Assembly (NCBI RefSeq): GCF_044704955.1
Contig: NC_091984.1
Coordinates: 211,048,001-211,112,000, forward strand
Direction: 5' to 3'
Origin: Pristiophorus japonicus
Taxonomy: Eukaryota
Length of the DNA stretch: 64,000 nt
This document shows, in pieces, positions 23,798 to 33,934 of the stretch; position 1 is the first letter of the stretch; each line of letters opens with the position of its first letter. A program made the translations under genes and the position numbers. The notes beneath the pieces were generated by a model. The model did no database searches. It was not told where the DNA came from and was given only the letters and a program-made list of their open reading frames with translations.

Positions 23798-24376
23798 TTA
23801 AGCAGTTCTCTGGATTTTTGGTTGACTTTCTTCTTCAGGGTCCTCTTCAGATACCCGTTTGCCAGTGGAAAGTTCTACATGATCATTGATTTGTGTGACA
23901 GGATACAGGTGTACATGTGTTGGGGAAGATGACTCAATATTTGAAATGGCCGACTCACTGTCTAAATGGACCTCCACAATTTCAAGTGTTGTCAGACCTG
24001 CAGACCCATTTGATGAATTATCATTAGGCTCAATGAAGGATATGACATTTCCAGAACTAAGGTCCATTTCAGATGTCGCAATCACATCTTGTGTTGTCGT
24101 CATAATCTCATGCTCAGAAGTCATGATTTCATGTGCTGATGTCACTATACTAGTGGGTAGGGTCAGTCTAATGCTGCGACTCCTGGGAGACAAAGTCGTA
24201 ATGCCTACTAATGCTCGTTTGGTTGTACACTCAGTTCCATTCGTGCAATCATCTGTAGAGTCCCGAATAGAATCAGAGCTACCATTAGCATGATGATTTA
24301 ACTTGTTGTACTCCTTTCGTAGCAGTTCCACCTGCCTCTGTAAGAGTTCCCTATGCTGCATCTCCATCTGTTCAAT
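23798..24376 (-). CDS. Terminal coding exon of the unnamed C2H2 zinc-finger/coiled-coil gene (192 aa + TAA)
   Basis: TTTCAG acceptor (AG at 24378-24377), phase 0. Reads IEQMEMQHRELLQRQVELLRKEY (end of coiled coil), an S/T/E-rich tail, and C-terminal KRVSEEDPEEESQPKIQRTA. Confidence 0.88.
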   Translation of the reverse strand: MEQMEMQHRELLQRQVELLRKEYNKLNHHANGSSDSIRDSTDDCTNGTECTTKRALVGITTLSPRSRSIRLTLPTSIVTSAHEIMTSEHEIMTTTQDVIATSEMDLSSGNVISFIEPNDNSSNGSAGLTTLEIVEVHLDSESAISNIESSSPTHVHLYPVTQINDHVELSTGKRVSEEDPEEESQPKIQRTA

Positions 24377-26139
24377 CTGAAAATGAAATAATAAATTACT
24401 TCTAGCACATTTTTTGATACATGAATTGCTCAGTGTATTCTATAAACCAGTCACCTCGTATTACAACATTTAATGTCTCAAATAATTGAAGCCTTTAATC
24501 TCATTCGGGTTTTTGTAATTAAAAAAATATGCAATCATGTGGTGATTCTGTCCATTATTAGAAGTTTTAGTGTGCACCTATCCAAAAATGATTTTTTTTT
24601 TAAACTGATAGCAAAGTATACAGTCAAAGCAAAATTACATTTCAATAATGAATACCTAGGAGAGACTTATAAGATAGTAAAACTGTTCATGACTTCAAAT
24701 GTTATTCCACTTTTCATAATTAATATCCCCGTCTTGTGCAGACATAGCGTGTTTTATCTGTTCAAAAAAGATGTGACTTATGCCATCACTGTGAATCATT
24801 CAAATCTCTGGTGCACCTCCTAAGGGTTACTCAAAACGAATATTGCAGAGGCTGGAGAGTAAGTTGATTCCTGGTTGGAGAATGATTTGCGGTATAAGCA
24901 GAAGTAGAAAGGGAGGGGTAGAGAAAAGGGGAGAAATGCTTGAACATCACTGATGAGATGACTCTGGCATTCAGAAGTCGACAGCAATGAGCTAACTCAC
25001 TGGGTGCTTGGGCTGATTTGCGATGCTAAATGCTGGCTATTTTTTGTGTCAATGTGTGATCTGGTCAATCCAATGATTCATTGAAGTTAAATTACAACGT
25101 TCACTCACCTGATAAGTAGGTTTTGCAGATATTAGCCAATTAGAGACTGATTTGAAATTAGAGATGCTGTTTCAAGTAGAAGAATGGAGGAGTGACAGCA
25201 AAATGAGTAACCAGTTAAGAAAAAGCTAAACTAGAATAACCAAATTCACAAAGTTTAGGATTCAAAAGTAAGGGAAGAACACAACTGGCAGCAGAAAATT
25301 CCTGAACATAATCACGAATATAAATCAAAAGTTTGAGTTTTTTGTAAACTCTCTAGTGGTTGGAGTCATACATATAGGACTGTCTTGACCCAGAATCTGA
25401 TGTTGTATATACTTTAAGGGTTAAGTTTGTCAAATTCTTCCAAAGGAAACTGGACAGATTATTGTCTTAGGATACAAGCTTATTTTCGAGTTGTGACTTT
25501 TTGTTGGGAGGCGGGGTGAGGGGGAAGAAAGAGGTAAGAATAATATTACTAAGATGCATACTAAAAAAAGTGGGCTAATAGCGGATCTTGACATTCTGGC
25601 TCCAAAATGTTACTAAGTAGATAATTTAAGTTGCTATGAAATGTATAATAAATTCCACCATTATGGGGCACTCCAACCACTCATGTTGACATACTTTGTA
25701 AATTCATGATGACATTCCAATGAAACACTTGCTGTACACAAAGCACGGTTAGATGTTCCATTACAGTAGCCCATCTTTGCCGTCAATATTTGTTAGATTT
25801 TTCATGATTCAGAACAGAGCAATCTGGTTGATTTCTCTGCTTTGATCTACCACAAAATGTATTACATGCAAGCACAATCTAATTTTCTGAAATCAGGTTT
25901 GGGAATCATAAATTTTAGATTATTTACCCTAGAGATAGTGTGTACCCCATTCTTTAAAAGAGGAAGACTACACTTAAGGTATGCAATCCAAGCAAATAGG
26001 CCATTTTCCATTGGGACACTGTCCCTTTAAGATTTCTTATCCTCACAGTAGACAAGAGGCACTCTAGGTCAGAGAGAAAAATGCAAAGCTTTGTATTTTG
26101 AAAATGAACTACATGAGGAAGGCAACATCAAAAATAGAT

Positions 26140-26275
26140 AATTTCTGACAAAGGGTCTTCGACCTGAAACATTAACTATGTTTCTTTCTCCACAGATACT
26201 GCCTGACCTGTTGAGATTTCCAGTATTTTCTGTTTTTATTTCAGATTCCAGCATCCACAGTATCTTGCTTTTGTA
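26140..26275 (+). repeat. Penelope-like terminal repeat fragment with decayed minimal hammerhead ribozyme core (26145-26177)
   Basis: CTGACAA-AGGGTC TTC GACCT-GAAAC ATTAACT has the CUGAnGA/stem II/GAAA layout with two CpG-type substitutions. Confidence 0.55.
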
Positions 26276-26957
26276 ATAGATAATTTAACACTCTTCCTTA
26301 CTTGTTCATCCTCCAAACGTAAATGAATTATACCTTAAATTTGAGACCAGCTTGGAGTACAGAAGGGATCAAACAATTGTAATATCTTAGTTTGTTAGTA
26401 AAGACAAATATGCTTCACAAATGCATGCAGGTTACATCTATCTTGCATAGAGTCAACTGAAAACATTCTCACATTGGTCTATAAGCTGGCGACAACACTA
26501 GCAGAACGAGTCTTTACTTTTTGTGATCAATCTCTAAAAGCTAAAGTATAACACAATGAAACATCTAAATGGTACAATGCTTGCTAATGGGTTTACCAAG
26601 CATTTTGTTACCAATTGAGAGCAACACTGCTAAGACAAACGATATCCTTGGTTCTGGTACTATAAAAAGCCATGGCTCAAACCAATAAAATACTTTCTCT
26701 TCATGAACAAAGCATGCGATGCTGGGTAAAACTTAACTAAAACTAATGAAACTGAAAATATTTTAAGCAATACCTTTGAATGTGGTCTTAGGACTGCCCC
26801 ATCCAGGTGCCAAACACTATGGAACAGGTGAACTACCAGGTCACGAAGCTAGCTGGTTTTGCAATAATAAGAGCTAGAAGTAGAATAGTTTTCAAAGCAA
26901 GGAACTTTTCAAAGCTTTCAGATGAATCTCAAACTTGAATACGGTCAGGTGTTACAC

Positions 26958-27365
26958 AAGAACATAAGAAATAGGAGCAGGATTAGGCCTTTTGAGCCTG
27001 CTCTGCAATACAATAAGATCATGGCTGATCTATCTTCTACCCTAACTCCACCTTCCTACACTATCCCCATATCCCCCGATTTCCTTCATATCCAAAATTC
27101 TATCAATCTCTGTTTTGAATATACTCAATAACTGAGCATTCACAGCACTCTGGGGTAGAGAATTCCAAAGATTCACAACTAAGTGAAGAAATTTCTTATC
27201 TCAGTCCTAAATGGCTGACCCCCTTATCCTGAGACTGTGACCCCTAGTTCTAGACTCCCCAGCCAGAGGAAACATCTTCCTAGCATCTACCTGGTCAAGC
27301 CTGTAAGAATTTTACATGTTTCAATGAGATAACCCCTCTTTCTTCTAAATTCTAGGGAATATTCT
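26958..27365 (-). mobile_element. CR1 LINE 3' end (HE1/HER1-type tail)
   Basis: Reverse complement of the 3' ORF2/UTR seen at 5400-5743 and 35100-35431 (tail ..CCTATTTCTTATGTT). Confidence 0.85.
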
Positions 27366-27834
27366 CCCACTTAACTTCCCTAGAGAGGGCAGTAAGATGC
27401 AATAAAATTCAGCGGAACCTTAAGAGATGAGGTGATAAGACTTTGACTAAGCAAGGGCTGTAACTGTAGACAATTCTCAGAATACAAGGAAATGCAAACA
27501 TTTTCTTTGGAGACAAACTGCCGGAGGCATCACTCAAATGTTTTGAACTCAGATGGTATTTTGAGAAGAAAGGTCCATTCATGGGGCTCTGCTCAGGCGC
27601 ACACTAATATTTTATCTGCGATTTCCTGAGCCTACAGAATGCTGAAGTTCTGCCAACAGAATGCAAGATAAATATGGTGTCTCTGCAATGAGCAGAAATG
27701 GACCAGTTTAAGCAGCACATCGCTGTTGTGCGATGGACCAAAGGCTCTGATTGCTTGTGGACCAATTTCCCGAACAGGGTCAACTACATTACTTGTAGTT
27801 CTAGATAAGTTCTGTGGCAAATATCTGCAATTAG

Positions 27835-28165
27835 GACCATACATTGAATCATATAGCACAGAAGGAGGCCACTCAGCCCATTATGCCTGTGCCAACTCTT
27901 TGAAAGGGCTATTCAATTAGTCCCACGCCCCTGCTCTTTCCCTATATCCCTGCAAATGTTTTTCCTTTCAAGTATATATCGAATTGCTTTTTAAAGTTAC
28001 TATTAAATCTGCTTTCACCACCCTTTCCCCCTTCAGGCAGCACATTCCAGATCATAACTTGCAGCGTAAAAATAATTCTCATCTCCCCTCTGGTTCTTTT
28101 GCCAATTATCTTAAATGTGTGTCCCTGCTTATTGATCTTCCTACCAGTGGAAATAGTTTCTCCTG
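27835..28165 (-). mobile_element. Old CR1 3' fragment
   Basis: GHTFKIIGKRTRGEMRIIFT..VMIWNVLPE..FKKQFDIYL, the CR1 C-terminus. Confidence 0.75.
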
Positions 28166-29049
28166 GTAAAAGATCCCCTGAAGATGGGTGCCTCAGCTGA
28201 TGATGGAAATACCCATTGCTAGAATAAGAGATGATGCAGAATTTGCAGGGGCAATTCAATCAAACCATTTGGCTTTAGAGACACAAAGACCATTTGGCTT
28301 TAGAGACATAATTAATGCATAATTCACAATTTACTGGGATTATACAGACTGCTTCAGAAACTCAGTAGAAAGTTCAGCTGCAATGGTGTTGTTACCAAGA
28401 AGATGACTGGATCAATCATCCCCAAGACCTAAGAATAGTGTTATGCTTAAACTCTGAACCAGAGAGGATGGAACATTATGCCTTATGGTCAGGGAGTGAC
28501 ACAATGTCAAGAACTCAATACCTGGAGATATCTAGAAATAAATCACTGCTGAAGGACATATCTGATGCTTGCTATATATTGCTCAATTCATAAGGAATTA
28601 AGAGTTTTCCTAGAATATTCATAGTTTGGAGGGGAATATTGATGAGTCAATTTCCTAAAGGCATACATGAAGATGCTATAATTAAACAAAAAAGTCATTT
28701 TTGTATATTTTGGGTGCTATTATCAAGTTAAATGAGTATTAGCTGACAGGAACATTGTATCCCTAAGGTCTACAGTAGTTGGCTAGACTTTTGGACATAC
28801 CATACATAATGTGCAACAATGCCACCTTGAACCTCTCCTCGTGGATGGACTGAACTGTTCCAAGACCTTTAATTGGACTTGGGGGTCAGAAACCTTTTTA
28901 TCATGCCATCAAAAATCACTAACACTTGAATGGACACGCCCTTATTATTTCTGGCATGTTCAGTGGGTATCGAGTGGTAAGTACTGCAGCTTCATGCCCT
29001 TCATGTATTTGAAGTCCCTCAGCGAGGTACAACACAGCTTGGGGAGGAG

Positions 29050-30120
29050 CAGGCAAATTCCTGATTTCCCCAATTAACTGTGCATGTGTGGATGCTGGAA
29101 GTTGCTGTCCGATTTGCTCCTTAATAACGGCGAGCGCTGATAGCCTTACCATTATTCTTATCGCAAAATCCGAGCCAATATCTAACATTTAAAATTATTT
29201 CCTGTTTTATGCTTCCTAATTTGGACTGTTGCATGTCTCAGAGTGGATTCTTCAATCTGATTGTTTAAAGAGCCTCGCTGTTGCTCGTCTAGCTCACAGA
29301 CGCCATGGATCCCCTGTAGAGGGTGTCGTGCTGGAAAAGACGCTAGATTAGAGGACATCTCTGCTGACAATCCTGCAAAAGGACAGTGGGCAGCTGTCAG
29401 AGAGGTGAACAGTGAGCACTGTTCCTTTGCAGCGGAGGGCGAAATCGGGGCCAATATCTAATAGCCTAAGGTTTCACTTCTACAGAAATTCTTTTGGCTG
29501 ACCTATATATGACCCAGAACGGGTAATAAAACTCTGGTGTGTCAACTGCAGATTACATTCCACAGATATTGGTCTGAGATCAGCAGCAGCAACAGATTGA
29601 AGATTCCACAGAGACATGCAGAGTCCAAATTAGGAAGTATAAACCAGAAAATATAAATTAGATTTAAATGATGTGCAAAACCAAAATAAAGATTGGGAAT
29701 TACAGATGGAATTAAGAGAGAGAGATAAAAGAGACAGAAAAAGTTTCAAAGTTAAAAAAAAATCTCCAAAACTAATTTTCTTCCCAGGGAAGGAGATTTC
29801 ACAGGGAGGTTGTTCAGCAGTAATTATCACTTATCATGCCATTAAAAGCTCACTTACCCGATTGCTCCAGCCCTAACTTTTTCAGCCACTATTAGTGCAG
29901 AACTTTTGGACAAGTACAGCAAGTTCGCGTCATTTCATTCATTTCAGCATTGAGTCTTACAACAATGAAGATTACAACAGCGCACCCTGTGGAGGAACAG
30001 GATATCTCTGACTGCAACTTCTGGATTTCCGTGTTTATCCGCACATGTGCGAACTCCAGAAGTTGCCGTCCTTTATTAGTCCGATAGCGTCACTGTTATT
30101 CTCAACGTAACTTCCGGGCC
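29050..30120. mobile_element. Cluster of Harbinger-type MITE halves in opposite orientations
   Basis: 29050-29175 is the reverse complement of 44998-45125; 29220-29452 matches 45560-45755; 29575-29665 is an inverted copy of 29180-29270. Ends read AAATCCGAGCC, AAATCGGGGCC and CTTCCGGGCC. Confidence 0.65.
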
Positions 30121-30179
30121 ACACTATTTATATACATATAAAATACAAACACAAAAAAGATTAAATATTTCATAATCAC

Positions 30180-30272
30180 CATTTGACTTATTTTGTTCTC
30201 AATATCTTCGGAACATTTATATTGCTTTAGTTCTTCTGCCATTTGCCAATTGGCCTCCATAAGACCTGCAAT
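30180..30272 (-). CDS. Internal exon of the zinc-finger/coiled-coil gene (93 nt)
   Basis: TTTAG|ATT...ATG|GTGATT, phase 0/0; IAGLMEANWQMAEELKQYKCSEDIENKISQM continues the heptad pattern. Confidence 0.85.
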
Positions 30273-30942
30273 CTAAAGCAATTTACATGAACAGTTTTTC
30301 AGCAAGTTACACAAATCATTTTGCACACAAGGAGTGAATTGGAAACTAATTCAAGGCACATCGATCCATTTTTGTTTAACTATTAACTTATTGGCATTGC
30401 TACTGAAGCTAGTATAGGAAGAACAGAGAAAAGAAAAATACAGGCTGAAATCACAAATGAAAATGAGAGAATGCCTGTTTGTTTTTGTCATTAATGACCT
30501 ACTAACAAAATCAATACTGCCAATTTGATGTGTTTGACTTTGTTTGTAATAATTGGCCACTCAATGGGCTCAAAATTGGCCAGAAGTTGCCGGGTTTTTT
30601 TTGGAGCAACTTGATTTTTCTGGAGTATCTTAAAAATCCACATTTTGCACATTCAATTTGCACCAGTGTAAGTGAGTTAGTTAGGATTTTTTTAGTTTCA
30701 TTTTTTTTTTCCCCAAAAGGGAGCGTTACCAGCCACCTACGCCCATTTTGGTCATTTAGGTCACTTTGGCCAGCTAATAGTTACTCCAAGCTAACTTAGG
30801 CCAGCGTATATGGTTACTTGTGAAAATCCTTGTGGAGAATTAAGAAATCAGTGCAGGCAGGTACATCGGAGGCCAGCAGAACTTAATGACTTGACTAAAG
30901 AATGTGAATAGGATCAAACAGCTATACAGGACATCATATGAC

Positions 30943-30994
30943 AAACTTCGCAAAGTTAATTTACTATAAAACTTCGCAAAGTTAATTTACTATA
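30943..30994. repeat. Perfect 26-bp tandem duplication inside the Harbinger-type element
   Basis: AAACTTCGCAAAGTTAATTTACTATA x2. Confidence 0.95.
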
Positions 30995-31109
30995 CAACAG
31001 AAGCATTCATGGAAGCTTAAACTACAAAAATAAAAGTAGTAAAGAGACAAAAATATCCAAATAAAAAAAAAAAAGTCCTACCCTACCTTCTGCTTCAGCC
31101 CGGGAACAT

Positions 31110-31710
31110 TACAGATTACTATAAACACTGACAGCAGCCAATGACAATCAATCAAACCAAATGAAGATCCAGAATGGGGATTGCTGCTGAATGAATCCTC
31201 CCAGCGATGCAGCAAGTCCAGATTCCACTCCCAGGGATCTTCACTTCGGGATCAGCCTCAGGCCGGGGCTGATAAGTTCGAGGATGATTCTCCTTTTTCA
31301 GCAGGGTTTGCTGGGCTGTAACCAGATTTCTTCTCTCCTCCTCTCTTCTTCTACATACCACCACCGATGACCAGAGCAATCAGGGCAATGGCAGCAATCA
31401 CAATTCCAACAATCAAACCAAGATTTGTTCCCTTTAGAGATCCTGGAGTCACTCGGAACGTCCCTTCCTAGTCTCGGTTCTTCACTCCTGTGTTGTCACT
31501 CTGCTCATACTGACAGGAATAGGTGGCTCCATCCTCGGACTCTATCTCAGCCCATCTCGTCAGCTGGTAAGTGTCATCGTCGCTGGGCAGGATGCCACTG
31601 GATTCCGTGTCCATGATCGGCTTGGGATTTCTCAGGAGGGTGACTTCGATATCATAAGGGTAAAAGCCCATGACGAGGCAGGAGAGTTGGGTCGGTTTAA
31701 TATTTGACCA
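31110..31710 (-). pseudogene. Processed (intronless) MHC class I heavy-chain fragment: alpha3 Ig-C1, connecting peptide, TM, cytoplasmic tail, partial 3'UTR
   Basis: One frame reads LSCLVMGFYPYDIEVTLLRN...GILPSDDDTYQLTRWAEI...YSCQYEQ...RD*EG...NLGLIVGIVIAAIALIALVIGGGM*KKRGGEKKSGYSPANPAEKGESSSNLSAPA-TGA(31260-31258). Premature TAGs at 31470-31468 and 31353-31351 fall where class I heavy chains usually have Trp. Confidence 0.9.
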
Positions 31711-32294
31711 CTCGGCCTGGGATAGGGATGGGACGCACATAGATATGCTGGGGGCCAGGAGTTACTGCGCATGCACGCACACTCCAACGCGCATGTGCAG
31801 ACGTCCCAGCACTGTTTTCAGCGCGGGACGCTGGCTCCGCCCCCGATGCGACTGGCCACGCTGCGCGAAGACCTGGGAGAGGCCGGTCAGCGGCCAAAGT
31901 CGGGACGTCTTTATTCGGCGCGCTTGGAAACGTAGAAAAGCTGCACAACTCAGGTGAGTTTGCCAAAAATTGGCATGGGCCAATTTTGAGCCCAATAGGA
32001 AATCAAGTCAGTTCACAATTCTTCTGTTCTCAGTCTGCATAATGCCTGCAGTACTGCTGACTAATTTGTTATGCGTTTCCATTACTTTCAGTTTCTGATT
32101 TCCAAAATTTGTCATCTTTCTTCTTAGACATATCATAAATAAAGTAACTTGTGCAGGTATTTACAGAAACTGTCCCTTTGACAGTTAAATAAAGTCAGTA
32201 AGATTTGCTCCAGTCTGTGAACATTGCCAAAATTTCTAAAACATGTCATACTAGAAATAGGTTAGCACTCACTGGTGGTTGTTGTGTTACATAC

Positions 32295-32432
32295 CTGGTC
32301 CTTTAGTTGTTGGATTTCTATGTGCAGCCTGCGCTCAGTTTCTGCTTTCTCTACCCGAAGCTGCTGATTCTGCTGGTGTAGTTCTAATAGTTGTTTTTCT
32401 ATTAGCAGATTCTGATCCAAAGTTTCATCACT
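32295..32432 (-). CDS. Internal exon of the zinc-finger/coiled-coil gene (138 nt)
   Basis: TCTTTCAG|AGT...CAG|GTATGT, phase 0/0; SDETLDQNLLIEKQLLELHQQNQQLRVEKAETERRLHIEIQQLKDQ (coiled coil). Confidence 0.9.
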
Positions 32433-32795
32433 CTGAAAGATTCAGATAGTAATATATACTTATGTCTAATCTGTATAAAGCACATAATATGAAGGCCTGG
32501 AAGAAAGTTGTAATCTTGGATTTTGTGACTTTATCAAAGGACCACTCCAATACAAATTTTGGTCGAACACCAATTAGCTACCAATCAGCAGAAGTTAGTA
32601 TGCAAATACTTGCTCCTCTCTATCCCAGATTAGTATATTCAAGATAAAAAGTTGTAATCTCTGTTCTACAGACTAATTCAGGGAGGCCTGCCTTCAGGGT
32701 ATCAGATACAAAATGCTGATATCCCTTTGATTGTGAAGTATGCAAGAAATGGAGGTATAGTTCTCAGATCAATCATTTACTGACAATCTTATCTG

Positions 32796-33089
32796 GCACC
32801 CTCGGGATCTGGCCTGTGCCGAATAAAAGATTTTGCCCGATATGGGGAGGTTAGCCGCCTGAGGCCGGGGGGCGCGGGGCAGGGGGAGGTTGGCGCCCTG
32901 GGCAGGCCCGAAGTGTCGGTGCAGCCCCAATGGGTGTCGGCATGCGGCATGGGCCGGGTGTCGGCGCGGGCCCAAAGTCGGAGTGGAGGTTGGCTGTGTT
33001 TTGCGTAAGCGCTCCTGGCCGCCGGAATCATGCCGGATGAGTGGTGGTGCCGGATAAGGGAATCCCGGATAAGAGAGTTCCAACCTGTA
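32796..33089. mobile_element. pogo/Tigger-like MITE (left end eroded)
   Basis: Right end GGATAAGAGAGTTCCAACCTG-TA is essentially the reverse complement of TA-CAGGTTGAACCTCTCTTATCC at 38484 and 39171; the left part matches 38499-38550. Confidence 0.6.
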
Positions 33090-33519
33090 CTACCATATTA
33101 TATAATCATGACCAGATATACAAACATTTCAAAAGTAAAATAAAGATGATTATAATTAAAGGGGCTATTAAGTTGGGTCTCACTTAAGCATTTAAAAAAC
33201 AGAGCAGCAGACACAGGTATTTTAGTGACAAGCATTTTTCAGAATTTGCTGCAAAAATAACGGCAAGTTCACGGTGCACGCCATCATTAATGATTAAAAA
33301 AAACAGCAATTTGTGTCGAGGAAGAGCTACGGTAAGTTGAAAATCGCTACAAATTTCTTTACGATTTGCGCCACTCCACCGTTAGCCTCGCAAAAACCAG
33401 TGCTCACCGCCAACCTACCAGTGAGCTTCAAAGTAAATTTGCTGTAAAAACAAATTAAACTTTCATGCAGAAAGATGGGCTGCTATTTCACGGCTCAAAG
33501 ACCCTGTTAATTTTTTAAA

Positions 33520-33930
33520 TTATTCATTCCTGGGATGTGAGCTACGTTGGCAAGGCCAGCATTTATTGCACAACCCTAATTGCCCGTGAGAAAGTAGTGG
33601 TGACCAACCTTCTTGAATTGCTGTAGTATGTGTGGTGAAGATACTTCCATAGTGCTGTTAGGGAGGGAGTTCCAGGATACGCCACACCACCTAGATAGAC
33701 AAGGGCAGCAGGCACATGGGAATACCATCACCTGCAAGTTCCCTTCGAAGTTACACAACATCATGACTTAAAAGGTCGCCGTTACTTCATTGTCGTTGGG
33801 TCAAATTCCTGGAACTCCCTCCCCAACAACACTGTGGGAGTAACTTCACCACACAGAATGCAGCGGCTCAAGTCGGCGGCTCACTACCACCTTCTAAAGG
33901 GCAATAAATGCTGGCCTTGCCAGCGACCCA
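33520..33930. mobile_element. Two inverted 3'-end copies of a CR1/L2-group LINE
   Basis: GGCAAGGCCAGCATTTATTGC at 33549 versus GCAATAAATGCTGGCCTTGCC at 33901; the arms are complementary over about 120 bp. Confidence 0.75.
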
Positions 33931-33934
33931 CAGG

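Larger units (their letters stand above)
30566..31993. mobile_element. Non-autonomous PIF/Harbinger-type element carrying a captured MHC class I cDNA fragment
   Basis: Perfect 16-bp TIRs GGGCTCAAAATTGGCC / GGCCAATTTTGAGCCC; TSD AAT (30563-30565 and 31994-31996). Both arms share blocks with the MITE at 46862-47943 (GGAGCAACT, CAAAAGGG.GCGT..CCAGCCAC, TACTCCAA.CTAA; CTCCAA.GCGCA, GGCTCCGCCCCC). Confidence 0.88.

Noticed and set aside
28264-28310. 25-bp-period tandem duplication ACCATTTGGCTTTAGAGACA
   Set aside because: Two copies only; ordinary slippage duplication.
31061-31075. Poly(A) tail of the MHC retrocopy
   Set aside because: The A-run is on the plus strand while the cargo is on minus; it belongs to the transposon arm.
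31351-31470. APOBEC-type hypermutation (both stops appear to be TGG>TAG)
   Set aside because: Only two inferred events, the parental sequence is unknown, and other GG/TGG sites are intact, so it cannot be distinguished from chance.
31258-31740. Functional MHC class I gene or an MHC locus
   Set aside because: No leader, alpha1 or alpha2; two in-frame stops; enclosed by transposon TIRs inside another gene's intron.
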